A stretch of DNA of 64,000 nucleotides from a virus. The stretch is from positions 2,802-66,801 of IMG/VR virus record IMGVR_UViG_3300013137_000017; one strand, written 5' to 3'. The notes under the pieces were generated by a model. It searched no databases and was not told the origin of the DNA. It worked only from the letters and a program-made list of their open reading frames with translations. Below, piece by piece: positions 48,252 to 59,149 of the stretch; position 1 is the first letter of the stretch; each line of letters begins with the position of its first letter. Both the position numbers and the translations under genes were made by a program.

Positions 48252-49019
48252 TTATATGTTTTGCGATCTTATCATAACTTCTTGCAAATACGACTTATAC
48301 CTGGGGTTTAAAACCCTTTCAAGATATATTCTGACCGCATTCTCAACTATTTCTTTATTTATTATCGGGTTAAATTCCGAATCCACACATTCTGCAGTAG
48401 TTTCAGAGAATGTGATAAGTTTTGGATACCGGATATATTCAAGTACCATACAAGTAACATCTGCTTCGGAATTAAGTTTTATCTTATCCTGCAGATATTC
48501 AAAGTACAGTTTGGCAGATGATGGTTTTCGGAATGGATTGCCAGAGAGCATGAGTTTTCTGTCGGTTCTCCATATCCTTGCCCAAGTAACCACGTTATCA
48601 ACAATAAATCCAGCATTAAGTCCATGCATGTACAATGGATAGTTTGATGCAGATATTATTCCTGTTGTTGATCCGGAATCTGTTTCTTCAGATTCGTTAC
48701 AATTTGGAATACTGGATGCATACAGTATGGAATCGTTTCCTGTAATAGAATACAAGGATGGAACGATAAACATTCCATCCGTGCTTATTCGTATCATGTG
48801 AAGCAAAACTCCATCTGTTGTCACAACAAGTTTTTCCAGATCATCGATCCGTTTCTGATTGAATTCTTTTGTCGGAAGTTTTGACTTGACCATATCAATA
48901 CAAGCATCATTGATGATCCTGTTAAAATAGGCTGGTTTAATCACCGTTGTTGAGGTTTTCCGGACTCCATCCAGAAACGCCTTAAACATATCTTCCGCTG
49001 AAAGAATTACAACACTCAT
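48252..49019 (-). CDS. ring/connector structural protein
   Basis: KRIDDL, NPFRKP, LEYIRYP, EIVENAV motifs. Confidence 0.7.
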   Translation of the reverse strand: MSVVILSAEDMFKAFLDGVRKTSTTVIKPAYFNRIINDACIDMVKSKLPTKEFNQKRIDDLEKLVVTTDGVLLHMIRISTDGMFIVPSLYSITGNDSILYASSIPNCNESEETDSGSTTGIISASNYPLYMHGLNAGFIVDNVVTWARIWRTDRKLMLSGNPFRKPSSAKLYFEYLQDKIKLNSEADVTCMVLEYIRYPKLITFSETTAECVDSEFNPIINKEIVENAVRIYLERVLNPRYKSYLQEVMIRSQNI

Positions 49020-49945
49020 ACAGGTTCAATTATTCTGGATTCTTGCTTTTCAATTTGTCTTCCCCAATTCGTTACAAGACTTGCGTTATTTGTATTCGAC
49101 ACAAATGCTTTCACGGCTTCCAGGTTAGCACCGACAAAAGTATCTCCGGCATAGAATTCTGTTCCGTTAAGCCTCTCGATGATTTTATATTTCATGAGTT
49201 TCAGGCAAAACATTATAAGATCGGAATCTTTCTCCTTCAATTTCAGTACTGTCTTTGGATATTCGTGGCAAGCTGTAAGCACATTCTCTTTGAGACGTGT
49301 TTCAGTCAGGACATCAGGATCGACATCATATCCAGATTGCTCGAAGTTGAGCATCAGTATGACATCTTTCCATCTCTCCATGGAAGCACTGCTGCGTACA
49401 AACTTTTCAGCTTCATATTGAAGGTCTAAAGAACTTACAAGTTCTGCCGCTTCCAATTCGCGATCTTCTATGTAAAAGAAATGCTTTCCTTTCATAAACA
49501 CATCTTTTCTCGGAGCTACAATATCTTGTGCAGCCGTAGTGGAGAATAGGATAAAATCCGCAGCATCCTGCGGATTTAGATAGGTATAATCTGACGGGTC
49601 TGCAGTATTTACTTCACGATCAAGAACAAATGTTCGATTATGACGTATAGGGAAAAAATCAAACGGATTATGGATAATCGGATTATCTCCCATGTGCAGG
49701 GCTTTAAGGTCAGATGCAGAGAGCTCCTTCTTTCTTGTCATCTTTTCTTCTGACAGGACATGTTCCTGACCAGTGATGTATCTTTTGGAAGAAGCACTCT
49801 GCGGAATTGTATACAGATATGGTGTTAACACATACTTTGGGTCGATAGCAAGAATCTTCTTCTTCTCCCTTACTATCATTCTTGCCGGTTCTTTTGTCCT
49901 GACTCCAACTGTCTGGTCTTCCGGTACTTTTTTTACTGGAGGCAT
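49016..49945 (-). CDS. conserved capsid-module protein downstream of MCP
   Basis: 309 aa; FFYIED.E.EA; position. Confidence 0.6.
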   Translation of the reverse strand: MPPVKKVPEDQTVGVRTKEPARMIVREKKKILAIDPKYVLTPYLYTIPQSASSKRYITGQEHVLSEEKMTRKKELSASDLKALHMGDNPIIHNPFDFFPIRHNRTFVLDREVNTADPSDYTYLNPQDAADFILFSTTAAQDIVAPRKDVFMKGKHFFYIEDRELEAAELVSSLDLQYEAEKFVRSSASMERWKDVILMLNFEQSGYDVDPDVLTETRLKENVLTACHEYPKTVLKLKEKDSDLIMFCLKLMKYKIIERLNGTEFYAGDTFVGANLEAVKAFVSNTNNASLVTNWGRQIEKQESRIIEPV

Positions 49946-49973
49946 ACTGTTTTCTTTTTTATGTTAATACTAA

Positions 49974-51437
49974 TTAAGCTGCGTATGGCATAAAACAACG
50001 ATAGATCTGAGACCTTGTTATAATTCCATTCTGCCACAGATAATGTTTACTTGTTCCATCAACACTTGATGACATATCATCTCCACCTTCATCAATACCG
50101 GCGAGTGATCCCATACGAGGCGGGCGAAGTTGAACAAGTTCTACTGAAGGATCACCTGAGATAGACGGGCCAAGAGGCATCACGATAGTATCCCATGATC
50201 CTTTGGGTTTACCATTTGTCAGGTATTTCTGCGGACGGTCTTTTGAACTCATCCAGCCATAGACTCGTGGGATCAGACGATAACCCATCCATTCAAAATA
50301 GGCATAGTCCATATTCACTCCCTTATCGGATCCACTTCCTTCGACGTTATTGTTCATGGTCATAAATCCGTTTGTCTGCATCATCTTATAGAATGACATG
50401 ATAGAGGCCTTGCCACCGGCAATGATAGCTTCTTTCTTTCCATCTTTTCCAACACGGATATCGAGATCTTCTATCAGACTTTCTGTAAATTTCATCGTCC
50501 AGCCTTCCGTTGTAAATGGCCGTTCAATAGCTCCATCGCCACCATAGATAAGTCCTGAACCCATCATGATCTCCCTGTTATTACCATCGCGCATCAAAAC
50601 CTGTCCGTCAATGGTAACGGTGCTTTGTCCGAATACGATAGAATATTCATTATACTGAACTGCTCTTTTAAGCATTTCATCTTCAGCATAACTGATATAG
50701 CCACGTGCCGTACCACCACTGGAGTTGGCATATTGATACCAATTCTTTGTGGTGTTCATTGCTGCAGCCGTACCGGAATAGGACATCTTGACTCTTTGTA
50801 ATGTCATATACGAATGTCCCCATCCGTCGAAAGCATATTTCTCCGAACCGGTCTCTGAGAAGTCGTGTTCGTATGGAGCCATGACTGGGGTAGCTTCTGC
50901 ACCATCAGCCAGGAGAGCCGTATCAACATAGGCATCAAGGCTATTTGTGATCAGTTTTACTTCATAGCGATATAACCCTCCATATTCTTTTGGTTCTTCC
51001 TGTTTATAAGCATATAAGAGAGTTCTGTTGTCGTTCAACTCAAGTGCTTCTTTTGGTCGAAGCCAGTTGTTGTCAAGGTAGATATAAAACGGGGTCTGCC
51101 GTTTCCCAGGTAATGTAGGATATGCTGAACTTGAAAAGGCAACACCTGTTTCATTAAGGGCAAATTTACATTTCCTCTTATGCGAGGATTGAATAGCATA
51201 CATTACGTGATTCGATCCGACGGTACGGAATTTTGAATTCCAGGTTCCTTCGCGTAGTCCTTTGGTAAAGTATCCTTTTTCTGCTAAGATTGAGGATATT
51301 GGTGCGAAGTCTTCTTCATTATATGCCTGATATACACGTGGAAGGATATCGACATTTGCGATAGCGGCGCGCGTAAGCGAATAGGATGATAAACTTTCAC
51401 CTACGATATCCGCTGGTTGTCCGGGTAATAGTCTCAT
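49974..51437 (-). CDS. major capsid protein
   Basis: 487 aa; order TerL-portal-scaffold-MCP; MTLQRVKMSYSG, REIMMGSGL, SSSVDG. Confidence 0.85.
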   Translation of the reverse strand: MRLLPGQPADIVGESLSSYSLTRAAIANVDILPRVYQAYNEEDFAPISSILAEKGYFTKGLREGTWNSKFRTVGSNHVMYAIQSSHKRKCKFALNETGVAFSSSAYPTLPGKRQTPFYIYLDNNWLRPKEALELNDNRTLLYAYKQEEPKEYGGLYRYEVKLITNSLDAYVDTALLADGAEATPVMAPYEHDFSETGSEKYAFDGWGHSYMTLQRVKMSYSGTAAAMNTTKNWYQYANSSGGTARGYISYAEDEMLKRAVQYNEYSIVFGQSTVTIDGQVLMRDGNNREIMMGSGLIYGGDGAIERPFTTEGWTMKFTESLIEDLDIRVGKDGKKEAIIAGGKASIMSFYKMMQTNGFMTMNNNVEGSGSDKGVNMDYAYFEWMGYRLIPRVYGWMSSKDRPQKYLTNGKPKGSWDTIVMPLGPSISGDPSVELVQLRPPRMGSLAGIDEGGDDMSSSVDGTSKHYLWQNGIITRSQIYRCFMPYAA

Positions 51438-51481
51438 GTTTTCTCTTTTTTGAGAGTTAATAATTTGTTTATCAGCCAGTA

Positions 51482-52507
51482 TTAAACCATATCGTCAATA
51501 CTTTGTGCGACACTGAATACATGTCCACCTCTCTTGGGCTTTGAATTTAGATCTAATCCGTTAAGCAATTCTTCCTTAAAATCTTCCTTATAGGATGAAA
51601 GATGTGCTTTAACTTTCTCATTTCTCAACAGGCTATAAGCCAGGATAACATCGCGGAAATTGCTATCATCCTCATTTATGAAATCAATAAAATATGGTCT
51701 TCCGGTTTTTGGGTTCAATTGGCTCCATGCAGTAAACATTTTTGAGAATTCATCTTTTGTGTCTTGGTCAAGAGGCACTCCTCCAAACTCTTTCATCTCC
51801 TTTACTGCTTCGAGCATCGTATTTGCAGACTCTACTCTTGCTTTATTTGCTGCAACGATTTTGTCGGTATATTCTTTTGCACGATTATCCTGAAAAGATT
51901 GCATCTTCGATGATTCCATTTGTTTTTTCTGAGTCTTTGCATTTCTCCACATCATCTCTTTTTCAATCTTGTTCAGTTTATTGAGATATTCATCAATATC
52001 TGCATCTTCAAAGGTACGTTTTCCGGTTTCATCAACTTCTTCCTGGTACATTTTTTTTAATCCGGCATTGGCATCAAGGTTAAAATATCCCTGATCTTGT
52101 ACAAAAGAGTTAAGTAGTTCCTGTCTTTTGTCGGCAGGTGTTAATAAATATTTCTGAATAAACGGATCATTCTCACCAGGAAATTCCGTATTATCAATGA
52201 TAAGTTTCCTGATGGCTTTAACTTCATCCATCTGATCACCGAATTTACCTGTCTTATACTCGGAAGGGATTTCAATACCATCCTTCTCAAATTGATCCCA
52301 TATCTTCTGGTATTCAAATTTGAATACGTCTGGAGTAGTTGCCGGCTTTGGTTCAGCCGCTGGTACAGTCGCTGGTGGTGGTTCCGTTTGTTGTACGGTT
52401 GGTTTTACACTTGCTCCTAATGCTTCTGCCATCGGACTATCCGGTGGAGGCACGACAGGCGATCCACTTCCATCGCCCGGACTTAACTTTAAGTTTTTTC
52501 TAAACAT
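51482..52507 (-). CDS. scaffold-like protein
   Basis: Pro-rich disordered N-terminus, charged helical body; between portal and MCP. Confidence 0.65.
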   Translation of the reverse strand: MFRKNLKLSPGDGSGSPVVPPPDSPMAEALGASVKPTVQQTEPPPATVPAAEPKPATTPDVFKFEYQKIWDQFEKDGIEIPSEYKTGKFGDQMDEVKAIRKLIIDNTEFPGENDPFIQKYLLTPADKRQELLNSFVQDQGYFNLDANAGLKKMYQEEVDETGKRTFEDADIDEYLNKLNKIEKEMMWRNAKTQKKQMESSKMQSFQDNRAKEYTDKIVAANKARVESANTMLEAVKEMKEFGGVPLDQDTKDEFSKMFTAWSQLNPKTGRPYFIDFINEDDSNFRDVILAYSLLRNEKVKAHLSSYKEDFKEELLNGLDLNSKPKRGGHVFSVAQSIDDMV

Positions 52508-52527
52508 AATTTTCTCTGTTTGATTAA

Positions 52528-52559
52528 CAAAAATACAATTATTTAATGGTTGTTGTCAA
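52528..52559 (-). promoter_or_regulatory. Bacteroidota sigma70-type promoter for the capsid operon
   Basis: TTGACA-N15-TTG-TATTTTTG; same layout as 14724-14755. Confidence 0.7.
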
Positions 52560-52740
52560 TAGCTTTTGTTGAATAATCATCAAGTTTCAAAGCTCTGCGT
52601 CTTAATTTCTCCCTTTCTCTGTGTATTAATAACCTTCCTTGGCACAAAAGAGCTTTAATACATTCTTTTGATAATTCATTTTTTTTCCCTTCCAGAATGT
52701 CTATTAAATTTTCAAGATATTTATCATCTACTTCTATCAT
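52543..52740 (-). CDS. hypothetical protein
   Basis: 65-aa ORF; ATGA overlap with portal stop. Confidence 0.5.
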   Translation of the reverse strand: MIEVDDKYLENLIDILEGKKNELSKECIKALLCQGRLLIHREREKLRRRALKLDDYSTKAIDNNH

Positions 52741-55403
52741 CTATCAGAAGCATGTTCCTTTACCATTTTTTTTGCTTTTACTTCTTCGACTCCAATTTTC
52801 TTAAGTTCCACCTGATGTCCTTTATCCTCAGAATTTTTATTCAACCCAATCTGTATTGCTTGCAGTTGCGTCTGGATAAGTTGAAGTTTCGCATTAATAT
52901 TTGTCGCCCGTTCATTAGAACGTATTACATTATCCTCACTTTCTTTCTCATTTACAAGTTCCATTGTTCTCAGATAGTTATCTGACTGGAGTGTTGCCTG
53001 ATCCAAAGCGAGTTTCTTTTCATCGATTTTCTTTTCCCATGTCTGGATATATTCGTCGAATTCATTTTTACGTTGTTCAAGTTTTGCGTTAAAGACTTCA
53101 AGTTCTTCTCTTTGTGCATTGATAGCTTTATCTATCTGTATCTGGAGTTCCGCTTTTTTCTGTTCAATGGCCATCAATTGTTCTCCTTTTGCATTTTCGG
53201 CTTCAGCGGCAAGGCGTTGTGCTTCACGTGCAAAATATTCATTCTCTTTTTCAAGTTCTTTCATTGTATCAAGAGAGTACAGCGACATGAAATCTCTGAA
53301 TGGCATCTGACCTGATTTATAATTTTGAAGAGCAATCTGTTTAATCTCCGAGATAGACCTGTCATGTTTTGTTGTTGTCAAAAGGTTGATTTGATAATCA
53401 GACATATCGATTGTATTTGCTGGTATGTTGATTACTTCTTCATCGCCTTTTTCATTCATATATGAAACGATGCTGTCCTGACTCCAAAGATATTGTCTGG
53501 CAATATTCGCTGCCATGCTCAATGCTCTGCGTTCAACTTCATCATGTTGTGCATACAGTATCTCGGTTATGAGTAAGGTGCTTTGCTGAGAAAGCTGGAA
53601 TGTTCCTACTTGGTCGGAATTTACTGTCTGTCCCATCGCCTGTCGTGTGATACCCATAATCAGTCCCATCTGTGTATCGAGATTCTCAAGGATTCTGTCA
53701 AAATACTGAACAGAAGAGGAGAGGCTTTCATCAAGCATCTGGAACTGGTTGAATGTAGGATTCACTGTTCCTATATTTGATTTACGTGTCTGTATCCATG
53801 CAGTACCCATCTTCTTCATGTATCTCCATTCATCATCGGACATTCCTTCCGGTTTCTGAATTTTATCCATGAGGGTAACTTTTGTTCCGGCGACAGCAAG
53901 CATCAGCTCCCTGTGATAACTTACTATATTGATAAGACGTTGGATATCTCTTGTTGCCCAGATAAGAGAGTATGGTTGGTGTGTAATATTATTGTATGTC
54001 GGGCCGACGATAGGAAGAAATGTCTTTGATTTTCTATCAACAGGTCTGGGTTGAATAGGATCTTTTTCGGAAAGATATATTCTATCAGCAATGATAACGC
54101 CTTTATATCTGTCATAAATTATTCTTTTCTCCAGTCGACCGCCATTGCGTGAATCATATGTTATGGTATCATCTGAATTATATCTTTGTTTAGTATCATC
54201 CCGATTGATCCAGTGACCGTTTTTATAGTAAAAGTTTTTTTCATCTATGGGTGTTTTTTCATCTTTGATAAAGTTTGTAAAATATTTTCCTGGTCTGTAC
54301 TTATTTGGAGTTTGGACAGCACGTACCGTTCGTTCAGCAACCCACCAAAGTCTTTTTACCACTACTCCTTCACCTTGTTCAATAGCTCCTGATGACACTG
54401 GAAAATTCCCTAAGTCAACAGCATTTCCGTCTTCATCCATGACAAAGTTATTCGGGCGATTTAATGATGATCCTCCGGAAGAACTCTCACGAATTATATT
54501 CTTTTGATTTGCACTTAACTTATCATCAAATTCATAAATGATGTCTTCCGGTGTTTTACGTTCCATAAATCCTGCCCAGTCAAGATCTTGCACCCAGAGG
54601 ACATCATCTGCAAGCTGATAGAAGACATTATGAGGTGGAATTGATTTATAGGTAAGGCATACATCTCCAGGACGATAGTCAACAAAATAGAACTCTTTGC
54701 CTGTAACGATCTTATTTATCATATTCTGCAAAGAGATGAGTTTCATGTCGAGTTCATCGTAATAGGCTTTCATCGTTTTCTGTGCCAGCTCTTCAACAAA
54801 ATCGCGGGCGGTATAAAGCCGATATTTTTCAATATCGCGAATGTTATCCTGTGTATATATCTTCTGGCTTATCAAAGACTCCTGTATCGAATCCAACTGA
54901 TGTGTGATTTGCGGGATGATTGCCTTTGCCTGTTGTATCTGTGCAAGTTCCTGTTCATTTTGCGGATTACGTTGTGTCATCTCCATGATCTGCTGCTTCT
55001 GTTGTTCTATCTGTTGCACTTTAGCAAGAATAGAATGCGCTTTTGCCCGAAACCGTATCTCATGTTGATCAAGATAGAACTGTGTCGTATCTTCATACTT
55101 TCGTTTAAGAGATTTTTTATCAGTTGCTGTCATCGAGAACTGAAATGTTCTCTCGTATTGTCTTGATACAAGCCAGTCAACATATGGTCGTTGTTTCGGT
55201 ATATGTCTGACTTTTGCAGGAAGGGTATATTTCCCGAATTTTCGCAGGTAATCATAATCTTTTTCGCTGAACATATTATTATATAAGTTCCAGCATGAAA
55301 GATCATTCTCCCTGTTTATTGAATTTGAAACTGCTGCCAGTTTCTCCAGGATTTTATTTCTTCCTTCGGCTGTTTTACTTAATGTGTTTATGTCAAGGTT
55401 CAT
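52737..55403 (-). CDS. portal protein
   Basis: 888 aa right after TerL; LPAKVRHIP, QRLINIVSYHREL, MGITRQAMGQ; long C-terminal coiled coil. Confidence 0.88.
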   Translation of the reverse strand: MNLDINTLSKTAEGRNKILEKLAAVSNSINRENDLSCWNLYNNMFSEKDYDYLRKFGKYTLPAKVRHIPKQRPYVDWLVSRQYERTFQFSMTATDKKSLKRKYEDTTQFYLDQHEIRFRAKAHSILAKVQQIEQQKQQIMEMTQRNPQNEQELAQIQQAKAIIPQITHQLDSIQESLISQKIYTQDNIRDIEKYRLYTARDFVEELAQKTMKAYYDELDMKLISLQNMINKIVTGKEFYFVDYRPGDVCLTYKSIPPHNVFYQLADDVLWVQDLDWAGFMERKTPEDIIYEFDDKLSANQKNIIRESSSGGSSLNRPNNFVMDEDGNAVDLGNFPVSSGAIEQGEGVVVKRLWWVAERTVRAVQTPNKYRPGKYFTNFIKDEKTPIDEKNFYYKNGHWINRDDTKQRYNSDDTITYDSRNGGRLEKRIIYDRYKGVIIADRIYLSEKDPIQPRPVDRKSKTFLPIVGPTYNNITHQPYSLIWATRDIQRLINIVSYHRELMLAVAGTKVTLMDKIQKPEGMSDDEWRYMKKMGTAWIQTRKSNIGTVNPTFNQFQMLDESLSSSVQYFDRILENLDTQMGLIMGITRQAMGQTVNSDQVGTFQLSQQSTLLITEILYAQHDEVERRALSMAANIARQYLWSQDSIVSYMNEKGDEEVINIPANTIDMSDYQINLLTTTKHDRSISEIKQIALQNYKSGQMPFRDFMSLYSLDTMKELEKENEYFAREAQRLAAEAENAKGEQLMAIEQKKAELQIQIDKAINAQREELEVFNAKLEQRKNEFDEYIQTWEKKIDEKKLALDQATLQSDNYLRTMELVNEKESEDNVIRSNERATNINAKLQLIQTQLQAIQIGLNKNSEDKGHQVELKKIGVEEVKAKKMVKEHASDR

Positions 55404-55405
55404 CG

Positions 55406-57463
55406 TTAAATGTGGGTTGGAACTATAATACCGTTTCTTTCAACATAGCCCTTAAATTCTATTTCTGGCCGTCGTAATTCTACTGCTTTTTGCTCGATAG
55501 CCGTATTTTCAACCATGGCAATGCATAACATCGATGCAATGGTCAGGTCGCAATTATACTTTGGATCTCTGCGAAATTTTGCCCATGCCATTAAAAGTTC
55601 TTCAAATGGACAATTATATATATTTATTACATCAAGTAGATAGTCTTTCAGTCTGGTCAATCCGGAAGGAACAAGGCTTGCCGGGAATCCATATTTATTA
55701 CTTACCTGACTACGTTCTACATATTGTGCTATATACCAATCCGGTCGCGAATGCAGAAACCCTTCAAGTCCGTAAAGTTCATAATAGTCAAAGATAAGTA
55801 TTTTAGAATATTCAATCATATTATAGGTACGGTAATAGATTGATAGTTTTGCTGCATTTTCATATGCTGTTGTGCGTCCTCCCTGAGCTTCTCCAGGCCG
55901 GTCGAGATACATTGCAACAAATGTATTAAAAACCTGATTTTCTTTGACTGTAAGATTTTTATTATATCCTTTATAGACAAGTGATGCTAACTTTGAAGAT
56001 GATGTCATCGCTTCATCAAAGTCATATGAGTCTGTTCCTTGTCCATACAAGCCTTCGATAGTTTTATTATTATCATCAATCTGTGGATGTTCTGCAATGG
56101 CGATATCTCCTTTATCCATATTAAATTCCCATTCAACGCCTTCCCAGGGTTTACGACGATCTTTATAGTGGAGAAATCCTCTTTCAACACGTTGCAGTCT
56201 TTTATGTGTGACGATATTGCTTCTTGCCTGGGAACAGTGATAGGATATCTCTTCTCCAAAAAATCCGCCAAGAACGATGTTAAACATCTCTCTGGTATCT
56301 ATTGGTTCCATAGCAATGAGAAGCGCCCTTTCGGATGGAGATTTTGACTTTCGTTCTCTGTCAATCAGTTCAAGAGCTTCTTTTTTGAGACTGTTACCAT
56401 CATCATCGATAAGTTTGAATTTCCATGCGGGAATAAAACAGGCTATTTCCATGTCCGGATCCGCATCGGTGTCGTAGATATTTTTTATCGAATACAGTTC
56501 ATATTTTTCAGGAGTATAGATCATCTTCTCTATATCTGCAACCCCGTCAACATATTTTCCGGAAGTTCCTGTATAAACTATAAATCCAGTTCTTCTTCCC
56601 TGAGTTCTGATAGACGGATAGACAAACTGTGCTATCTCTCTGGAAAGGTTTTCTTTCATAATCCCGATCTCTTCCATATGTACCTTATATAACATATTGA
56701 GACCTGACAATACCTGGGAATTATTTTTTGCTGTTCTTGAATGTATCTCCGTACCTGTATTAGCTGCTTTGAGAACGTCAGGATTATCGAGTTTTATCTC
56801 TTTATAGAATTGTGTGTTATAAAGGTTGTATATGCCTCTTTTAACCATTGAGAAGGTATTTTGGTTATATTGGTCAAGTCCTCCGACGATAGCCACCTGC
56901 ACATCGTTCATAAACAAGAATATCCATGCTGTATCTGCTGCTTCCTCTTCGCTTAATCCTTTCTGTCTGCATTTAAACCAGCCGATATCCTTATTTATCA
57001 TTTTCGATCTTTCACGGATCATCCAATTTTCCCATGATAAATCAGTAAAATATGGGTTGCCAAGTGTTTTTTTCTGCTGCATCCTATCTTCTCTCGATAT
57101 TGCCCAGAAATTAAGATAGAAGTAGTTTCTTCCGGTGATATATAGGTCTCCCTGCGGATTTATCGTTATGCCGAGATGAGGAAGATATCTCCCACCGTTT
57201 TCTGTATGAAAGACATTTACTCCATCAATAAATATCTCACCTCCGTCGAAAGATACTGCATTAGGTACTATATAGCCATTCTTACATCTTGTACGTTGGC
57301 GATCCCACCATGCTCTATCAATGACAAACTTCTTTAAGAATTTTTCATATTCGCGTTTTGTTGTAGGGATATTGGCAGGATCTTCCCAGTACATATCCAG
57401 ATCATGAGGCACATCACCTTCATAAATAACAGGAGAAAGTCGTTTTGTGTTTATAAACTTCAT
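55406..57463 (-). CDS. terL: terminase large subunit
   Basis: ITGRNYFYLNF; Walker A KCRQKGLS; Walker B HMEEIG; TGTSG; nuclease GTDSY and CDLTIA. Confidence 0.92.
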   Translation of the reverse strand: MKFINTKRLSPVIYEGDVPHDLDMYWEDPANIPTTKREYEKFLKKFVIDRAWWDRQRTRCKNGYIVPNAVSFDGGEIFIDGVNVFHTENGGRYLPHLGITINPQGDLYITGRNYFYLNFWAISREDRMQQKKTLGNPYFTDLSWENWMIRERSKMINKDIGWFKCRQKGLSEEEAADTAWIFLFMNDVQVAIVGGLDQYNQNTFSMVKRGIYNLYNTQFYKEIKLDNPDVLKAANTGTEIHSRTAKNNSQVLSGLNMLYKVHMEEIGIMKENLSREIAQFVYPSIRTQGRRTGFIVYTGTSGKYVDGVADIEKMIYTPEKYELYSIKNIYDTDADPDMEIACFIPAWKFKLIDDDGNSLKKEALELIDRERKSKSPSERALLIAMEPIDTREMFNIVLGGFFGEEISYHCSQARSNIVTHKRLQRVERGFLHYKDRRKPWEGVEWEFNMDKGDIAIAEHPQIDDNNKTIEGLYGQGTDSYDFDEAMTSSSKLASLVYKGYNKNLTVKENQVFNTFVAMYLDRPGEAQGGRTTAYENAAKLSIYYRTYNMIEYSKILIFDYYELYGLEGFLHSRPDWYIAQYVERSQVSNKYGFPASLVPSGLTRLKDYLLDVINIYNCPFEELLMAWAKFRRDPKYNCDLTIASMLCIAMVENTAIEQKAVELRRPEIEFKGYVERNGIIVPTHI

Positions 57464-58092
57464 TTTTCTTCCGTTTCATTAGCTGTTCTGGAGTCGTACA
57501 ATCTTTTTAATGCAGCTTCTTTTTCACGTTCATGTGCTTCTATCTTTAAATTTTCCTGAACTTTTTTGAGAATTTCAGAAAAGCTCTGTGCTGCATTATA
57601 CATCTTTCTTTTTTCTTCAACATTAGGTAAGAGTATAGTCTGTTCGATAAGGATTCTTCGGTCTATATTTTCTTCATCTTTTATTATAGCACCTTCATTG
57701 AGTTTTACTTTGATAGTCATTGGAGTATTTATAAGAAGTTCTATAAGTTCGTCGGCATCGCTTTTCAGTTTATCTTCCATCTTATCATTTGTCGTATAGC
57801 AAATGTCGATATAAACTTTTATAAGTTCCTGAACATTCTCATTTCGTGCTATTTTTTCCCAGCGTTCTCCTTTCAAATAGTCTTTATTGACAATATCTGT
57901 TCTTTCCTCTATACTCTTATTCCAATATAGTGATCTCGGTGTGTATATAAAATAGACTCCTGTTATCACGTTATTAAAATATGTCTTTGCCTTGCCGGTC
58001 TTATCGTTATTATATACTTGCATCACGCATGGAATACTGAATGCATCGTCACGACATAAGACTTTTCCTTTTTCTGTATATAAAAAACTCAT
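57460..58092 (-). CDS. conserved protein upstream of TerL (putative terminase small subunit)
   Basis: 210 aa, helical; ATGA overlap with TerL. Confidence 0.5.
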   Translation of the reverse strand: MSFLYTEKGKVLCRDDAFSIPCVMQVYNNDKTGKAKTYFNNVITGVYFIYTPRSLYWNKSIEERTDIVNKDYLKGERWEKIARNENVQELIKVYIDICYTTNDKMEDKLKSDADELIELLINTPMTIKVKLNEGAIIKDEENIDRRILIEQTILLPNVEEKRKMYNAAQSFSEILKKVQENLKIEAHEREKEAALKRLYDSRTANETEEK

Positions 58093-58298
58093 TCTTTTTT
58101 TGTACTTTTCTTACTATCATTCTCTTGTCTTGGTGGATCTTTCTGAATCCTATCTTCATTTAAACTGACATTGGCGATGAATGTTATATCGAGCACTTTG
58201 CGCACGATGGGGAACACATTGATTCCGCCATACTGGAGTGTCAGGTGAATGAGGTCATTGTATATTTTCTGTGCTTCTTCGTCCACTACGATTTTCAT
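58089..58298 (-). CDS. hypothetical protein
   Basis: 69-aa coupled ORF. Confidence 0.6.
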   Translation of the reverse strand: MKIVVDEEAQKIYNDLIHLTLQYGGINVFPIVRKVLDITFIANVSLNEDRIQKDPPRQENDSKKSTKKE

Positions 58299-58304
58299 TG
58301 TTCT

Positions 58305-58478
58305 TTATTTTAAAAGGTTGATTAGTTCTGTTTTTGTCATTTTCATATCAGCCTCAATACCTTTATTTAAGAGGAAAGCTAATATTTCTTTTTTTGTCCA
58401 TTGTTCATCTGGAACATTTAGCTGTTGTACCACCTGTATCTTATCCAGGTCATGTACCTTTTCGATGATGATTCCCAT
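58305..58478 (-). CDS. small HeH/SAP-like protein (not in the ORF track)
   Basis: 57 aa: MGIIIEKVHDLDKIQVVQQLNVPDEQWTKKEILAFLLNKGIEADMKMTKTELINLLK; fills the intergenic gap. Confidence 0.65.
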   Translation of the reverse strand: MGIIIEKVHDLDKIQVVQQLNVPDEQWTKKEILAFLLNKGIEADMKMTKTELINLLK

Positions 58479-58489
58479 AGTTAGTTGTT

Positions 58490-59149
58490 TTAATGTTTGA
58501 ATAATTTATCAAGATATATTCCGGCCTGTATTTTGGCGTATAACTCATTATGGTAAGCATTATATTCTCCACCTGCTCCAACAAGAACATAATCTTTTAT
58601 AGTATAGTTTACGGTCATATCAAAATTAGGAAATTTTTTGAAACTATTTCCAATAATAGATGCCTGGAGTAACCAATGGTTTTTCGGTCTGTATGCAGGA
58701 ATTTTATCAATGCATGTATCTACTGTTCTTCGTTCCAGAATGGTTTTCTCCGGTATGAAAATTTCAGATAACTCCATCCTTTCCACTTTACAATCCTTAA
58801 TAACCATGTTGATGTTAAACCTCCCGAAGACAGAATCGTTTGGTTGCCACCTGTACGGGAAGGTATATGTAGATTTACAGGGAGTGGCTTCAACTTCCTC
58901 AACTGCGGGCTTTGCTGGTTCATAATACATGGGTTTAGGTTCAACATAAAATGTATCAATAACAGGGATAGCTCTCCACATTACAATACGCTTTACAGGG
59001 GCATTCTCACAGGCAACCCTCCGGGTAATTTCAATATCTGTTTTCTTCCGCTGTCCGTTCCACATAAAGAACAAGACAATGATAGCGATAACAGCCACCG
59101 CTTCACCCGCCCATCTTAGGTAATCCATTAATTTATATTTCATCTTCAA
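58490..59149 (-). CDS. membrane-anchored lysis accessory protein (spanin-like position)
   Basis: N-terminal TM helix; C-terminal amphipathic beta strands; directly after the endolysin. Confidence 0.55.
   Translation of the reverse strand: MKMKYKLMDYLRWAGEAVAVIAIIVLFFMWNGQRKKTDIEITRRVACENAPVKRIVMWRAIPVIDTFYVEPKPMYYEPAKPAVEEVEATPCKSTYTFPYRWQPNDSVFGRFNINMVIKDCKVERMELSEIFIPEKTILERRTVDTCIDKIPAYRPKNHWLLQASIIGNSFKKFPNFDMTVNYTIKDYVLVGAGGEYNAYHNELYAKIQAGIYLDKLFKH

Noticed and set aside
55406-57463. Inteins or self-splicing introns in TerL, MCP, DnaB or the vRNAP
   Set aside because: TerL, MCP and DnaB have normal lengths, all four are uninterrupted ORFs, and no intein or homing-nuclease motifs were recognised.
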